Positions 51,001 through 58,933 of a stretch of DNA of 64,000 bases are shown here, one piece after another. The notes below the pieces were generated by a model. It made no database searches, was not told where the DNA came from, and was given only the letters and a program-made list of their open reading frames with translations. Position 1 is the first letter of the stretch, and each line of letters opens with the position of its first letter. Position numbers and translations under genes: made by a program. This DNA is from Myxococcota bacterium (lineage in GTDB: Bacteria > Myxococcota_A > UBA796 > GCA-2862545): NCBI GenBank assembly GCA_041389565.1, contig JAWKRP010000037.1, positions 5,708-69,707 on the forward strand. Direction: 5' to 3'.

Positions 51001-52517
51001 GCCACGGCCTCGGCCCGGGTTCCGTGCGTCTCGAGCGCGCGCTCCCACGAGTCGACCACGCCCTCCATGCCGTTCGCCTGCTGGATCTGCGCGATCTCGA
51101 GCCACAGCGACGCGGCATCCGACGCCGAGCTCGCCAGCTCGGTGAGCGCGACCACCGCGGCTCGCGGATCCCCCTGGGAAGCGCGCGTCCGCGCCAGACG
51201 CACGCGCAGCGCTTCGGTCTCGGGGCCCGCATCCGGGCGCTTCTCGAGCAGGTCGAGCAGGTCTTCCGCCCGCGTGTCACGACCGTCGTCGAGCGCCTGC
51301 CGCACGAGCGAGCGTAGCCGCGCCGTGTCGGCGAGCAGGGCTTCCCGCACCGTGCCCACGGAGGTGGGGCGCATCGACGGATCCCAGCTCACGCACGCCG
51401 CCACGACCGACCCCAGAGGCTCGGGCAGCGCGAGCTGGGTGAGCAGGCGCTGGGCATCCCGGAGCACCCAGTACGGCAGCGGCGCGCCGTGGAACGCCAG
51501 CAACGCCAGCATGCCGAGCCCGTACACGTCGTGTGTGATCTGGAGCTTCGCGCCGGGCTCCAGGCTCTCGGGGGCCGCGAACAGCACGGCGGGAGCGACC
51601 GCTTCGAGCTTCGCGAGCCCGAAACCGCCCACGGCAGCGGACCCATCGGCACGCACGAGCACGCGCTCGGGCTCCAGCCCCCCGTGCACGACCCCGCTCT
51701 CGTGCGCGAACGCCAGGCCCTCCGTCACGTCGAGCAGCGCCAGCAGGAGCCGGTCGACCGACGCGCCTTCGAGCACCGCCATCAGATCGTGCTCGCTCAC
51801 CTGCTCGCGGGCGTACCAGGCACGCCCGTCGGGCAGGGTGCCGGACGCCAGCAGCTCCGCGACGCCGGGATGCTCGAGCTTCGACCACCCCGCGCAGGCC
51901 GCGAGCAGCTCCGGCGCGGACCCGCGCACATGGGGATGGAGCGCGGCCAGCACCGCCGCACGACCCGCTGCGCGGTCTTCGGCCGACCAGTAGGCGAACG
52001 CGGCATCGGAGCCGAGCGCACCGAGCACCCGGAACCGGCCGTCGACGTACGCTCCCGGCTCCAGGCCCTGCGGCACCTCCACGCTCGCGTCGCCCATCGT
52101 GAGGCGTGCGGCGATGCGCTCCCGCTCCGCGGCATCCTGCCCGGGCTCGTACCGCGCGGCCCGCGGGCGCGGACCCATCGCAGACCACGCGCCGATGGAC
52201 CGCTCCGCGTGGGCCTCCTGCACGAGCGGAACGTCGTCGGGCACGAGCGCACAGGGCGCCAGGCCCACCTGCACCGCCAGCAGCTCGACCTCGCCGGCCG
52301 CCCGGCGCGACAGGAGCGTCTCCCATGCGCGCGAGCCGAACCACCCGTCTGCGACGAGCTCGTCACTGATCGCCACCGCGACCCGCTCGGGCTTGCCGAG
52401 CTTCTTCAGCACCGCCGCGCTGCCGAGGTCTCCCGCCGACACCGCGAGGGTGGCGGACACCGCGGCAGTGGGCGCCCACGGATGAGAAACGGATCGACTG
52501 ACGACGAGCAGCGGCAT
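48036..52517 (-). CDS. Giant scaffold: N-terminal unknown domain + degenerate kinase (pseudokinase) + TPR region + FHA domain(s)
   Basis: ATG at 52517 (MPLLVVSRS...). Kinase-like region ~51333..52049 reads HGGLEPERVLV where HRDLKPEN is expected and GGFGLAK where DFG is expected, with no VAIK Lys. APE is retained. Long TPR-like Ala/Leu repeats. Canonical FHA at 48573..48788 (FRIGRGGSCELQI...SRVHCVI...LEDAGSSNGTRLNG). Confidence 0.88.
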   Translation of the reverse strand: MPLLVVSRSVSHPWAPTAAVSATLAVSAGDLGSAAVLKKLGKPERVAVAISDELVADGWFGSRAWETLLSRRAAGEVELLAVQVGLAPCALVPDDVPLVQEAHAERSIGAWSAMGPRPRAARYEPGQDAAERERIAARLTMGDASVEVPQGLEPGAYVDGRFRVLGALGSDAAFAYWSAEDRAAGRAAVLAALHPHVRGSAPELLAACAGWSKLEHPGVAELLASGTLPDGRAWYAREQVSEHDLMAVLEGASVDRLLLALLDVTEGLAFAHESGVVHGGLEPERVLVRADGSAAVGGFGLAKLEAVAPAVLFAAPESLEPGAKLQITHDVYGLGMLALLAFHGAPLPYWVLRDAQRLLTQLALPEPLGSVVAACVSWDPSMRPTSVGTVREALLADTARLRSLVRQALDDGRDTRAEDLLDLLEKRPDAGPETEALRVRLARTRASQGDPRAAVVALTELASSASDAASLWLEIAQIQQANGMEGVVDSWERALETHGTRAEAVAALRGLASLDGDRFLRWGRALALYADADERGPLAWRLGRAFHEAGSDSSALLWLDRAADEGVDDPELFALREKLRTARGDWGDVVELMKRQAVAGPGPSIELLERAARLARRATPDIDAVAELYAKLVELDPEHAEARRHLARHALRSQDVPGALAHFAVLCGTSRATAADHAARARLAIELGDLDTASASATEALALEPHHVPALRVARRASQELGAFEAAVGHQRRFVEVNASTEGSAHADRLVHLGHLLRFAGHTDEAVEAYDEAIAYTPLHLEAWWGLYVIERAQLGASAGPPAPLRFGPHEGLARLLAELVEPGGARKALSTDRFGAALAERADWERPSSWAAAVVDVLSYRSAIGPQLFDRLLDAFPERVPHIAVVRNLWSGGAHHTASFPIASASSWSDDGPDFDPELQRELVFCRSWPSEAEWAEDAFLTPLFARETPLVELDDLDVDEDEDLLLEAPEIPMLVVGSGLGVTRHEIEASRVITPALAPGLPGDLLASKHGDRIYLSVERGVLEREGVRAAEFRMRGGDRLDWDGVPITFLRVQDRQAFTQPDPSEIDHADEETEHTGESESMSDSIEALFAPMSAPLPGRPVDELDAAGAALLWEDGDEQVGISLERPEVFVIELPDGRIAFSGEEQEDTLAAILQRAGMHYIEQDLSNASGFVGRLSARQLYSDEVVMFGSRAFQYRAARAPTGTPLEMPRPSLGPLRPTLILQDGSLVGRPVPVASESFRIGRGGSCELQIRTDGLLSRVHCVIREIDGQFVLEDAGSSNGTRLNGKPVDGPLQLDDGDMIEIGHTSLQFTRTPPLRPLIPTSALEDDALPEDSEMPAGSGEGTTLVVDPAEVDFAIRAASAEWTEGECLEKVRVANRAFRVLFNALDAELGPGSGQATLQLLVSANPREHAGLLKGLELDEAALPGPFFVTAMQARAEPERRRLLNKVLLDLIDRATDRVCEQLPESRVDAVLSRMAAIGHRRQLRA

Positions 52518-52609
52518 GCATCCCCCGGGTCGGGAAGCATACAGGCGGTCGCGCATCGGCGCACCGCCTGGGCCTTGCGGGTCGCGGCATCCTCGCGCTA
52601 CACCGGCCC

Positions 52610-53581
52610 ATGCGGATCGAATTCGACGAGGTCGCACGGGAGCTGTTGCGGGCCCTGCGGGGTCCGCGGTCCCAGGTCGCGTGGTCGCGGAGGCTCGGGT
52701 ACGGGTCGAACGTGGCGTACCCCTGGGAGTCCGGGCGCCGCTATCCGTCCGCGAGCGAAGCGCTGCGCGCGATCCGTCGGTCCGGGCGCGACCTCGAAGG
52801 GGGGCTCGAGGCCTTCTTCGGCCGCCGGCCCGCCTGGATGGACACCACCCCGCCCGACACCCCCGAAGGCGTCGCGCTGCTGCTGGCTTCGCTCCGCGGG
52901 AAGCGGTCGATCACCGACCTCGCCGACGCCACGGGCCTGAACCGCCATGCCATCGGGCGCTGGATGGGCGGGCGCACCCAGCCGCGGCTTCCCGACTTCC
53001 TGCACCTCGTGCAGGCCACCTCCGTGCGGCTGATCGACTTCGTCACCGCGTTCGTGCCGCCCGAGGAGATGCCGTACACCATCGAGCCGCTGTGGCGCGC
53101 GATGGAAGCGAGGCGCGAGGGAGCGCAGCGGCACCCGTGGACCCAGGCGATCCTCAGGGTGCTCGAGCTGCAGGACTACCTCGACCTGCGACGCCACACG
53201 CCGGGCTGGATCGCGGAGCGGCTTCGCATCCCGCTCGAGGTCGAGGAGACCTGCCTGAAGTTCCTGCGCGACACCGGCCAGCTCGCCTGGACCGGCACGC
53301 ACTACCGCCAGGAGGTCGTGGCGGTCGACACCAAGCGCCGTCCGGAGATCGGGCGGCAGCTGAAGGCCCACTGGGCGCAGGTGGCGGCGGAGCGGGTGGT
53401 CGACGGGAACCCGGGCCAGTTCTCGTACAACGTGTTCGCGTGCTCCGACGAGGACTTCGAGAAGATCCGCGAGCTGCATCTGGCGTACTTCCGGGCACTG
53501 CGGAGCATCGTGTCGGATGCCACGGTCGGCGAGCGGGTGGTGGTCGCGAACGTGCAGCTGTTCGCGCTCGACGTGGACTGA
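52610..53581 (+). CDS. HTH regulator of the TIGR02147 / DUF4423 family
   Basis: XRE-type HTH SITDLADATGLNRHAIGRWMGGRTQP, then a DUF4423-like C-terminal half (HPWTQAILRVLEL..., FSYNVFACSDEDFEKIRELHLAYFRAL). Divergent from the giant scaffold gene across a 92-bp spacer. Confidence 0.75.
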   Translation: MRIEFDEVARELLRALRGPRSQVAWSRRLGYGSNVAYPWESGRRYPSASEALRAIRRSGRDLEGGLEAFFGRRPAWMDTTPPDTPEGVALLLASLRGKRSITDLADATGLNRHAIGRWMGGRTQPRLPDFLHLVQATSVRLIDFVTAFVPPEEMPYTIEPLWRAMEARREGAQRHPWTQAILRVLELQDYLDLRRHTPGWIAERLRIPLEVEETCLKFLRDTGQLAWTGTHYRQEVVAVDTKRRPEIGRQLKAHWAQVAAERVVDGNPGQFSYNVFACSDEDFEKIRELHLAYFRALRSIVSDATVGERVVVANVQLFALDVD

Positions 53582-53606
53582 AGCGGTAGCGAGATCCCGG
53601 AAGGCG

Positions 53607-53942
53607 CTACGGCGCCGCCGTGTCCGGAGCGCCGGTGTCGGTGTCCGTGTCCGTGTCCGTGTCCCCTTCCGTGTCCGTGTCCGCGTCCGTGTCGGTATCT
53701 GGATTCGGGTCCGAGTCGGCATCCGTGTCCGAGTCGGCGTCGGTGTCCGCGTCCGCATCGGAGTCCGTGTCGGCGTCGGCGTCCGTGTCGGCATCCGCGT
53801 CGGTGTCCGTGTCCGTGTCCGTGTCGACGTCGGACTCGCCGCAGCGGAACTCCTCGCCTTCCTGGCCGAGGCACGGGGGACCGCCTCCGAAGCAGCCCGA
53901 GAGCACCACCATCCCCATCCACCAAGCCACGCGACGCGCCAT
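53607..53942 (-). CDS. Mini-lipoprotein: signal peptide + 3-Cys knot + Asp-Thr/Ala/Ser tract only
   Basis: [17 protein letters not shown] lipobox, then [17 protein letters not shown], then ~70 aa of DTDADSD repeats to the stop. Confidence 0.62.
   Translation of the reverse strand: MARRVAWWMGMVVLSGCFGGGPPCLGQEGEEFRCGESDVDTDTDTDTDADADTDADADTDSDADADTDADSDTDADSDPNPDTDTDADTDTEGDTDTDTDTDTGAPDTAAP
53634..53835. repeat. Asp-(Thr/Ala/Ser) coding tract
   Basis: ggtgtcggtgtccgtgtccgtgtccgtgtcc...gtgtccgtgtcgacgtc on the + strand. Confidence 0.9.
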
Positions 53943-54189
53943 GTCGCCTCCGATGGACCCACCCTACCCGGCCCGCGGAGGCCCGCCATCGAGCAGAACT
54001 GCGCGCTCGAGCGCACTTCCAGCCTACAGTGCCGCCACAGTGCGCGGATCCGCCATTCCGCGATTCCCACGTCTCTGTGGATTCCCTATTGCGGATTTGC
54101 TCATCGATGCGCACTTTCGGACCATGAATCTGGACGAGTCCGCATTGTGGGTCGACCGCATCCAGGCGACATCGGGACAGGAGGTCTCC

Positions 54190-55854
54190 ATGCTCGTCTC
54201 GTCCCTCACGTCCATCGCCCTCGCTTGCGGCGGCTTCTTCTGTGATTCCACGCCGCCGGGTCCTCCCACGAACGAGTTCCCGGTCCCGGTCGAACAGACC
54301 GGCGAGGTCGTCGTGTTCGCCGTCGACGAGGCCTCGAACGAGACGACCATGCACGTCCAGGTCTCGTTCGAGGGCCCCGCAGCGGAGTTCGCGTGGGTGC
54401 TGCCGGTCCCGTCGGAGCCTTCCCTGCTGCGGTCGTCGCAGGCCCTGTTCGACCACGTGGCCGACCAGACGCGACCGCGGTGGACCCCCCTGGTCTCGAT
54501 CGTCGGCTGCCCGGGCCAGTCCCCGGCGTTCGGGAACGAGAGCGACGCCGACACCGACGCAGACGCAGACGCAGACGCGGACGCAGACGCAGACGCAGAC
54601 GCGCCCGCCCCGACGGTCACCGTGGTGGCCCGGCAGAACCTGGGCCCCTACGAGACCGTCACCCTCACGGCGACTGACGCGGGCGACCTGGTGGCCTGGC
54701 TGCAGGACAACGGGTTCGCCATCCCCGATGCCGTGGACGCCGCCCTCGCGCCGTACCTGGGCGCCACCACGCACTTCGTCGCCCTCAGGCTCCAGAAGGA
54801 CCGTGACGCCGGCGACCTCGAGCCCTTCGCGATGCGCTTCGAGGGCACGACCCCCAGCATCCCCATCCAGCTCACGGCACTCGCGGTGGGCGACGACATG
54901 CCGATCGATGTGTACCTGCTCGGAGAGACGCGCGCGATCCCAGAGAACTACCTCCATGTTCGCCGCAACCCGTTCAAGTCCGACTGGCGCCTTCAGACCG
55001 ACGACCTCGAGATCGTCGGCCGTGCCGCCGACGAAGCGGGTGGGCAGGCCTTCGAGACCGTGTCCGCCGCCCGAACGGTCCCACTGGACCTCCCCGGCCC
55101 CGCGTCCATCGCGTGGCTCGAGGACGCCCCCGATCTCGACACCTGGCTCGCACGCCTCTCGGCCGACCCGCTGTGGAACCGCGTGAACACGGGCGACCTG
55201 TTGGCAGTGGTCGAGGTCCCGGAGGGCGTGGACGCGAACGGGTTCTTCACCTGCCCGCAGTGCCTGCCGCTGGTCCTCGAGGCGATCCCGTTCGATGCCG
55301 TGTCGACCACGGCGGCGCTCGTCGACCACTGGCTCGTGCCCGCTCGCGAGGCGGCCCTCCTGCTCGACCGCGCACCGATGCTCACCCGCCTCCGCTCCAC
55401 GATGTCGGCCTCGGAGATGACGCTCGACCCGCGGTTCGGGTTCCGCGAGCTCGACCCGGTGAGCTCGTGGCACTTCCTCAGGGTGGTGCGGGCCTGCACC
55501 GACGGGCAGACCTCACTCGAAGCTGCGCAGCGGGTGACGGTCGACGAGTTCGAGTTCCTGGCGCCGAGCGAAGCCGAGCTGGCCGAGCAGGGCGAAGACC
55601 TCTACTCGTGGCTCGCGGCGCTCGGCGACGACAGCGCCATGGTGATCGAGGACCTGTCGACGGGCGAGATCCTCGTCGACCACCGCTCCGAGTACGAGGG
55701 GGTGTACATCCCCGATGCCGTGGCCGGCTCTCCCTCGGTGGAGCGAGCGACAGCGGAGACTGCGGCCTGCGGCTGCCGCACGAGCCCGCTCACCCTCGGT
55801 GCGTGGGCGCTTCCGCTGCTCGTGCTCGCTCGCCGACGGCTCGGCTGGACCTGA
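54190..55854 (+). CDS. DUF2330-like secreted protein with internal Asp-Ala tract and MYXO-CTERM-like tail
   Basis: ATG at 54190 follows aggagg. MLVSSLTSIALACGGFFC is the N-terminal hallmark I associate with DUF2330. Internal [24 protein letters not shown]. Tail ACGCRTSPLTLGAWALPLLVLARRR. Confidence 0.8.
   Translation: MLVSSLTSIALACGGFFCDSTPPGPPTNEFPVPVEQTGEVVVFAVDEASNETTMHVQVSFEGPAAEFAWVLPVPSEPSLLRSSQALFDHVADQTRPRWTPLVSIVGCPGQSPAFGNESDADTDADADADADADADADAPAPTVTVVARQNLGPYETVTLTATDAGDLVAWLQDNGFAIPDAVDAALAPYLGATTHFVALRLQKDRDAGDLEPFAMRFEGTTPSIPIQLTALAVGDDMPIDVYLLGETRAIPENYLHVRRNPFKSDWRLQTDDLEIVGRAADEAGGQAFETVSAARTVPLDLPGPASIAWLEDAPDLDTWLARLSADPLWNRVNTGDLLAVVEVPEGVDANGFFTCPQCLPLVLEAIPFDAVSTTAALVDHWLVPAREAALLLDRAPMLTRLRSTMSASEMTLDPRFGFRELDPVSSWHFLRVVRACTDGQTSLEAAQRVTVDEFEFLAPSEAELAEQGEDLYSWLAALGDDSAMVIEDLSTGEILVDHRSEYEGVYIPDAVAGSPSVERATAETAACGCRTSPLTLGAWALPLLVLARRRLGWT
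54541..54603. repeat. Short Asp-Ala/Thr tract (gac gca/gcg)n inside the DUF2330-like gene
   Basis: agcgacgccgacaccgacgcagacgcagacgcagacgcggacgcagacgcagacgcagacgcg. Confidence 0.9.
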
Positions 55855-57445
55855 GGTTCGGGGGCACCTCGCTCGCGAGCATCGTGGTGACCGTGCCGCG
55901 GCCCGTGAGCAGGGTGTCGGAGCGCACCCCCAGCACCTGCGCGGCCGCCTGCAGGCCCGACAGCGTCGCCCCCGACACCCCGTGCGAGAGCGTGGAGGCC
56001 CCACACAGGTAGAGCCCGGGGAACGGGCTCTGCGACGAGAACGCGAACGGCCCGATCTGGCTGCGGATGTGGTCGGCGCCGTACATGTTGCCCGCGTGCC
56101 CACCGATGTAGTGCCGGTTCGTGAGGGGCGTGCCGAGATCCCGGAACACGAGCCGGTCGGCGAGCCCCGGGATGACCTTGTCGGCCACGGCCACCATCTT
56201 GTCGAGCGTGCGCTCCTTGAAGTCGAGGTAGTCCGCCGGACGGTTCTCCGGGTCGGTGTCCTTCCAGCGGGCCGTCAGCTCCCATGGCACGAACACGAAC
56301 GACTCGACCGTGTGGATCGAGCCGCGCTGCGACGTGCGATCCTTGAGGCTCGGCACCGTGACGAAGGCGCCCGGCACGTGATCGAGCCCCTCCAGCGCGG
56401 CCAGATCGCGGGACGTGCGGTACAGCGCGTCGACGTCGGCGTGCTCGGTGTACCAGTAGTTCCCGGAGTCGAGGCCCTCGGGGTGCTCGCCGAGGTCGGC
56501 CGCCAGGAACAGCGACAGGCACGACGTGGACCACTGGGTGCGCGCGAGCTTCCTCGTCAGGCTGGACGGGAGGTGCTCACGCCCGATCAAGGTGCCGTAC
56601 GTGACCTCGGGGTCGGCGTTGGAGATCACGACGGGCGCCGAGATCTGCGTGCCGTCCGCGAGCTCGACGCCCTTCACCGTGCGCCCCTCGAGCAGGATGC
56701 GGGACACCCTCGCGCGCACCTCGATCTCCCCGCCGTGTGCGCGCAGGGCGCGGATGAAGGCCTTCGGGAGGGAGCGCCCGCCCCCACGCGGGTAGAACGC
56801 GCCGCGCATGTAGTGCGCGTGGATGGCGGCGTGCAGGACCATCGGCGCGCTCGACGGCGCGATGGCGTAGTCGCCCGCCTGCATCGACAGGAAGGCCTTG
56901 AGCAGCGGATCGTCGATGAAGCGATCCATGTACGGCTTCAGGAGCTGCATGCCCCAGCGAACCATGTTCCTCGTGCGCCACGGCAGGAGCAGGTGGTCCA
57001 GCAGGCCCACCCGCTCCGTCACGGCCTCGAGCTCGGCGGCGGCCCGCCCCATGTAGCGGAAGTACAGCTCGATCCCCTCGCGCTCGTGGGGGAATCGCTC
57101 CTGGTAGCGCGCGATCGTCTCGTCGTGGCCGCGCGGGATGTCGAACCGCTCCTCTCCCACCCGCAGGTGCTCGAATCCATCGGGCTCGAGCTCGTGGAAC
57201 ACCAGATCGACCCCGAGCCCCTCGTACACCTCACGCAGGCGGCCCCCTGGCTCGAGCCCGCCGATGTAGTGCACCCCGGGGCTGAAGTGGTGGCCGCCCA
57301 GCTCGAAGCTGTGGCACCAGCCACCGGGCAGGTAGTGCTGCTCGAGCACGAGCACGCGCTTCCCGGCCTGCGCGAGCGCGACGGCGGCCGCCATCCCACC
57401 GGCGCCCGAGCCGATGACCACCACATCCACGTCCTTGTGGTCCAT
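55790..57445 (-). CDS. FAD/NAD(P)-dependent oxidoreductase of the phytoene-desaturase (CrtI)/retinol-saturase family
   Basis: DVVVIGSGAGGMAAAVALAQAGKRVLVLEQ (dinucleotide fold). Family blocks GGWCHSF, FYPRGGGRSLPKA, and the C-terminal GLYLCGASTLSHGVSGA. The last 65 nt overlap the convergent gene. Confidence 0.88.
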   Translation of the reverse strand: MDHKDVDVVVIGSGAGGMAAAVALAQAGKRVLVLEQHYLPGGWCHSFELGGHHFSPGVHYIGGLEPGGRLREVYEGLGVDLVFHELEPDGFEHLRVGEERFDIPRGHDETIARYQERFPHEREGIELYFRYMGRAAAELEAVTERVGLLDHLLLPWRTRNMVRWGMQLLKPYMDRFIDDPLLKAFLSMQAGDYAIAPSSAPMVLHAAIHAHYMRGAFYPRGGGRSLPKAFIRALRAHGGEIEVRARVSRILLEGRTVKGVELADGTQISAPVVISNADPEVTYGTLIGREHLPSSLTRKLARTQWSTSCLSLFLAADLGEHPEGLDSGNYWYTEHADVDALYRTSRDLAALEGLDHVPGAFVTVPSLKDRTSQRGSIHTVESFVFVPWELTARWKDTDPENRPADYLDFKERTLDKMVAVADKVIPGLADRLVFRDLGTPLTNRHYIGGHAGNMYGADHIRSQIGPFAFSSQSPFPGLYLCGASTLSHGVSGATLSGLQAAAQVLGVRSDTLLTGRGTVTTMLASEVPPNLRSSRAVGERARAAEAPTHRG

Positions 57446-57512
57446 CCAGGGTTCTCCAGCGGTCTCCCCTCCTATGCCCGATCCCCGGGATCGGCCCGTG
57501 AACCCTCCGAAC

Positions 57513-58214
57513 TCAGCCAGCCGTCGTCGGATCCGCAGCCCCCAGGAGCCGGCGGAGCACGAGCCCGTGCGCCATCACGGCCGTCGCCACACACACCGTG
57601 GCGATCCAGACCGCGGGCAGGCTGAACGGCAGCATCAGCGGGACCTCGAAGCTCCGCAGCGGCGTCGGCAGCGACAGCACGACCACCCGCAGCACGTTCG
57701 CCAGCAACGCGATGCCCACGACCTGGCTCGCCCAGGCCGCCGCCCTGGAGCGGTCGGCGAAGGGGGCGAGCGCGAGGCACACCAGGCCCGCGACGATGTC
57801 GACGTTCTGGCCCGTCCACGTCATCTGGGGGGGCGCCACGCCCTCTTCGGCCCACCGGTGCAGGACGAGCTCGAGCGGGAAGCGCATGCCCTGCACGCCC
57901 ACGAGCGCCCACAGCGGGAGCCCGTGCGCGATCCGCCGACCGAGCGGAGACCCCACCACCCCGACCGACACCAGGAACATCGTGCCCATCAGGAGGGGCG
58001 CGCCCGGCAGGGCGTTCTCGGGCGTGATCAGCCCCGCGCCCGTGGGGATCGACGTGATCGCGACCCAGGCCACGGAGACCCCCGCAGCCACGGCCCCCTG
58101 GCGCACACGATCCGTGGAGGGGGCCGTCGCGACGACCGCCGCGACCCAGCACACGAGGCAGAAGCCCACCACCGCGAGGAACAGCGCGAGCCCGGCGCCG
58201 GATGGATGAACCAT
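57513..58214 (-). CDS. Hypothetical polytopic membrane protein
   Basis: Six or seven hydrophobic helices across 233 aa. Divergent from the HxlR regulator across only 41 bp. Confidence 0.7.
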   Translation of the reverse strand: MVHPSGAGLALFLAVVGFCLVCWVAAVVATAPSTDRVRQGAVAAGVSVAWVAITSIPTGAGLITPENALPGAPLLMGTMFLVSVGVVGSPLGRRIAHGLPLWALVGVQGMRFPLELVLHRWAEEGVAPPQMTWTGQNVDIVAGLVCLALAPFADRSRAAAWASQVVGIALLANVLRVVVLSLPTPLRSFEVPLMLPFSLPAVWIATVCVATAVMAHGLVLRRLLGAADPTTAG

Positions 58215-58255
58215 GTCTCGACCTCCACCTCCATGTTACTATCCAAAAACAAAGC

Positions 58256-58879
58256 ATGCGCTCCTACAAACAATATTGCGGTGTCGCTCGAGCCCTCGAT
58301 CTCGTGGGGCAGCGCTGGGCCCTCCTGATCGTCCGCGACCTGCTGCCGGGTCCGCGGCGCTTCGCGGATCTCGCGCTCCCCGGGCTCACGCCGAACGTCC
58401 TGTCCGAGCGCCTCAAGCAGCTCGCCGAGGCCGGGCTGGTCGAGTCCGTCACGCTTCCCGCGCCCGCGTCCCGCAAGGTGTGGCAGCTCACGGAGGAGGG
58501 TCGGCGGCTCGAGCCCGTCGTGCTCGCGCTCGGTGCGTTCGGCGCGCGCCACCTGTCCACGGTCGACGGCTACGCGATGCGCGCGCGGTGGATGCTCGTC
58601 TCGCTCCAGCGGCGGTACCGCGGCGGGATCGAGGGCACCGTCGCGATCGTCGTGGAGGGCGAGGCCGAAGCGCCGTACACCCTCGGGATCACGCCCGAGC
58701 ATCTGGTCGTGCGCGACGGGATGCCCGCGAGCCCGGATCTCCGGGTCTCGGGGCCGCCTCAGGCGCTGGGAGCCCTGCTGGCACGGGGGATCCGCGAGGT
58801 CCCCGGGCTCGCGATCACCGGGGATCCAGCGCTGCTCGAGGCCCTGCTCGCGCGGCTGGATCCCGTGTCACCGCCCTGA
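58256..58879 (+). CDS. HxlR-family winged-helix regulator with extra C-terminal domain
   Basis: CGVARALDLVGQRWALLIVRDLLPGPRRFADL...GLTPNVLSERLKQLAEAGLV is the HxlR signature. ATG at 58256 sits in an AT-rich patch. Confidence 0.85.
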   Translation: MRSYKQYCGVARALDLVGQRWALLIVRDLLPGPRRFADLALPGLTPNVLSERLKQLAEAGLVESVTLPAPASRKVWQLTEEGRRLEPVVLALGAFGARHLSTVDGYAMRARWMLVSLQRRYRGGIEGTVAIVVEGEAEAPYTLGITPEHLVVRDGMPASPDLRVSGPPQALGALLARGIREVPGLAITGDPALLEALLARLDPVSPP

Positions 58880-58933
58880 GGGTCGCAAGCGTGCTCCCGA
58901 CCGCATAGGAGCGCCGTCCGACGGAGGTCCTCC

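Noticed and set aside
54003-54014. Perfect 12-bp palindrome gcgctcgagcgc upstream of the DUF2330-like gene (similar: gcccgtacgggc near 12855).
   Set aside because: Short GC palindromes are expected by chance at this base composition. There is no second half-site, repeat or associated regulator.
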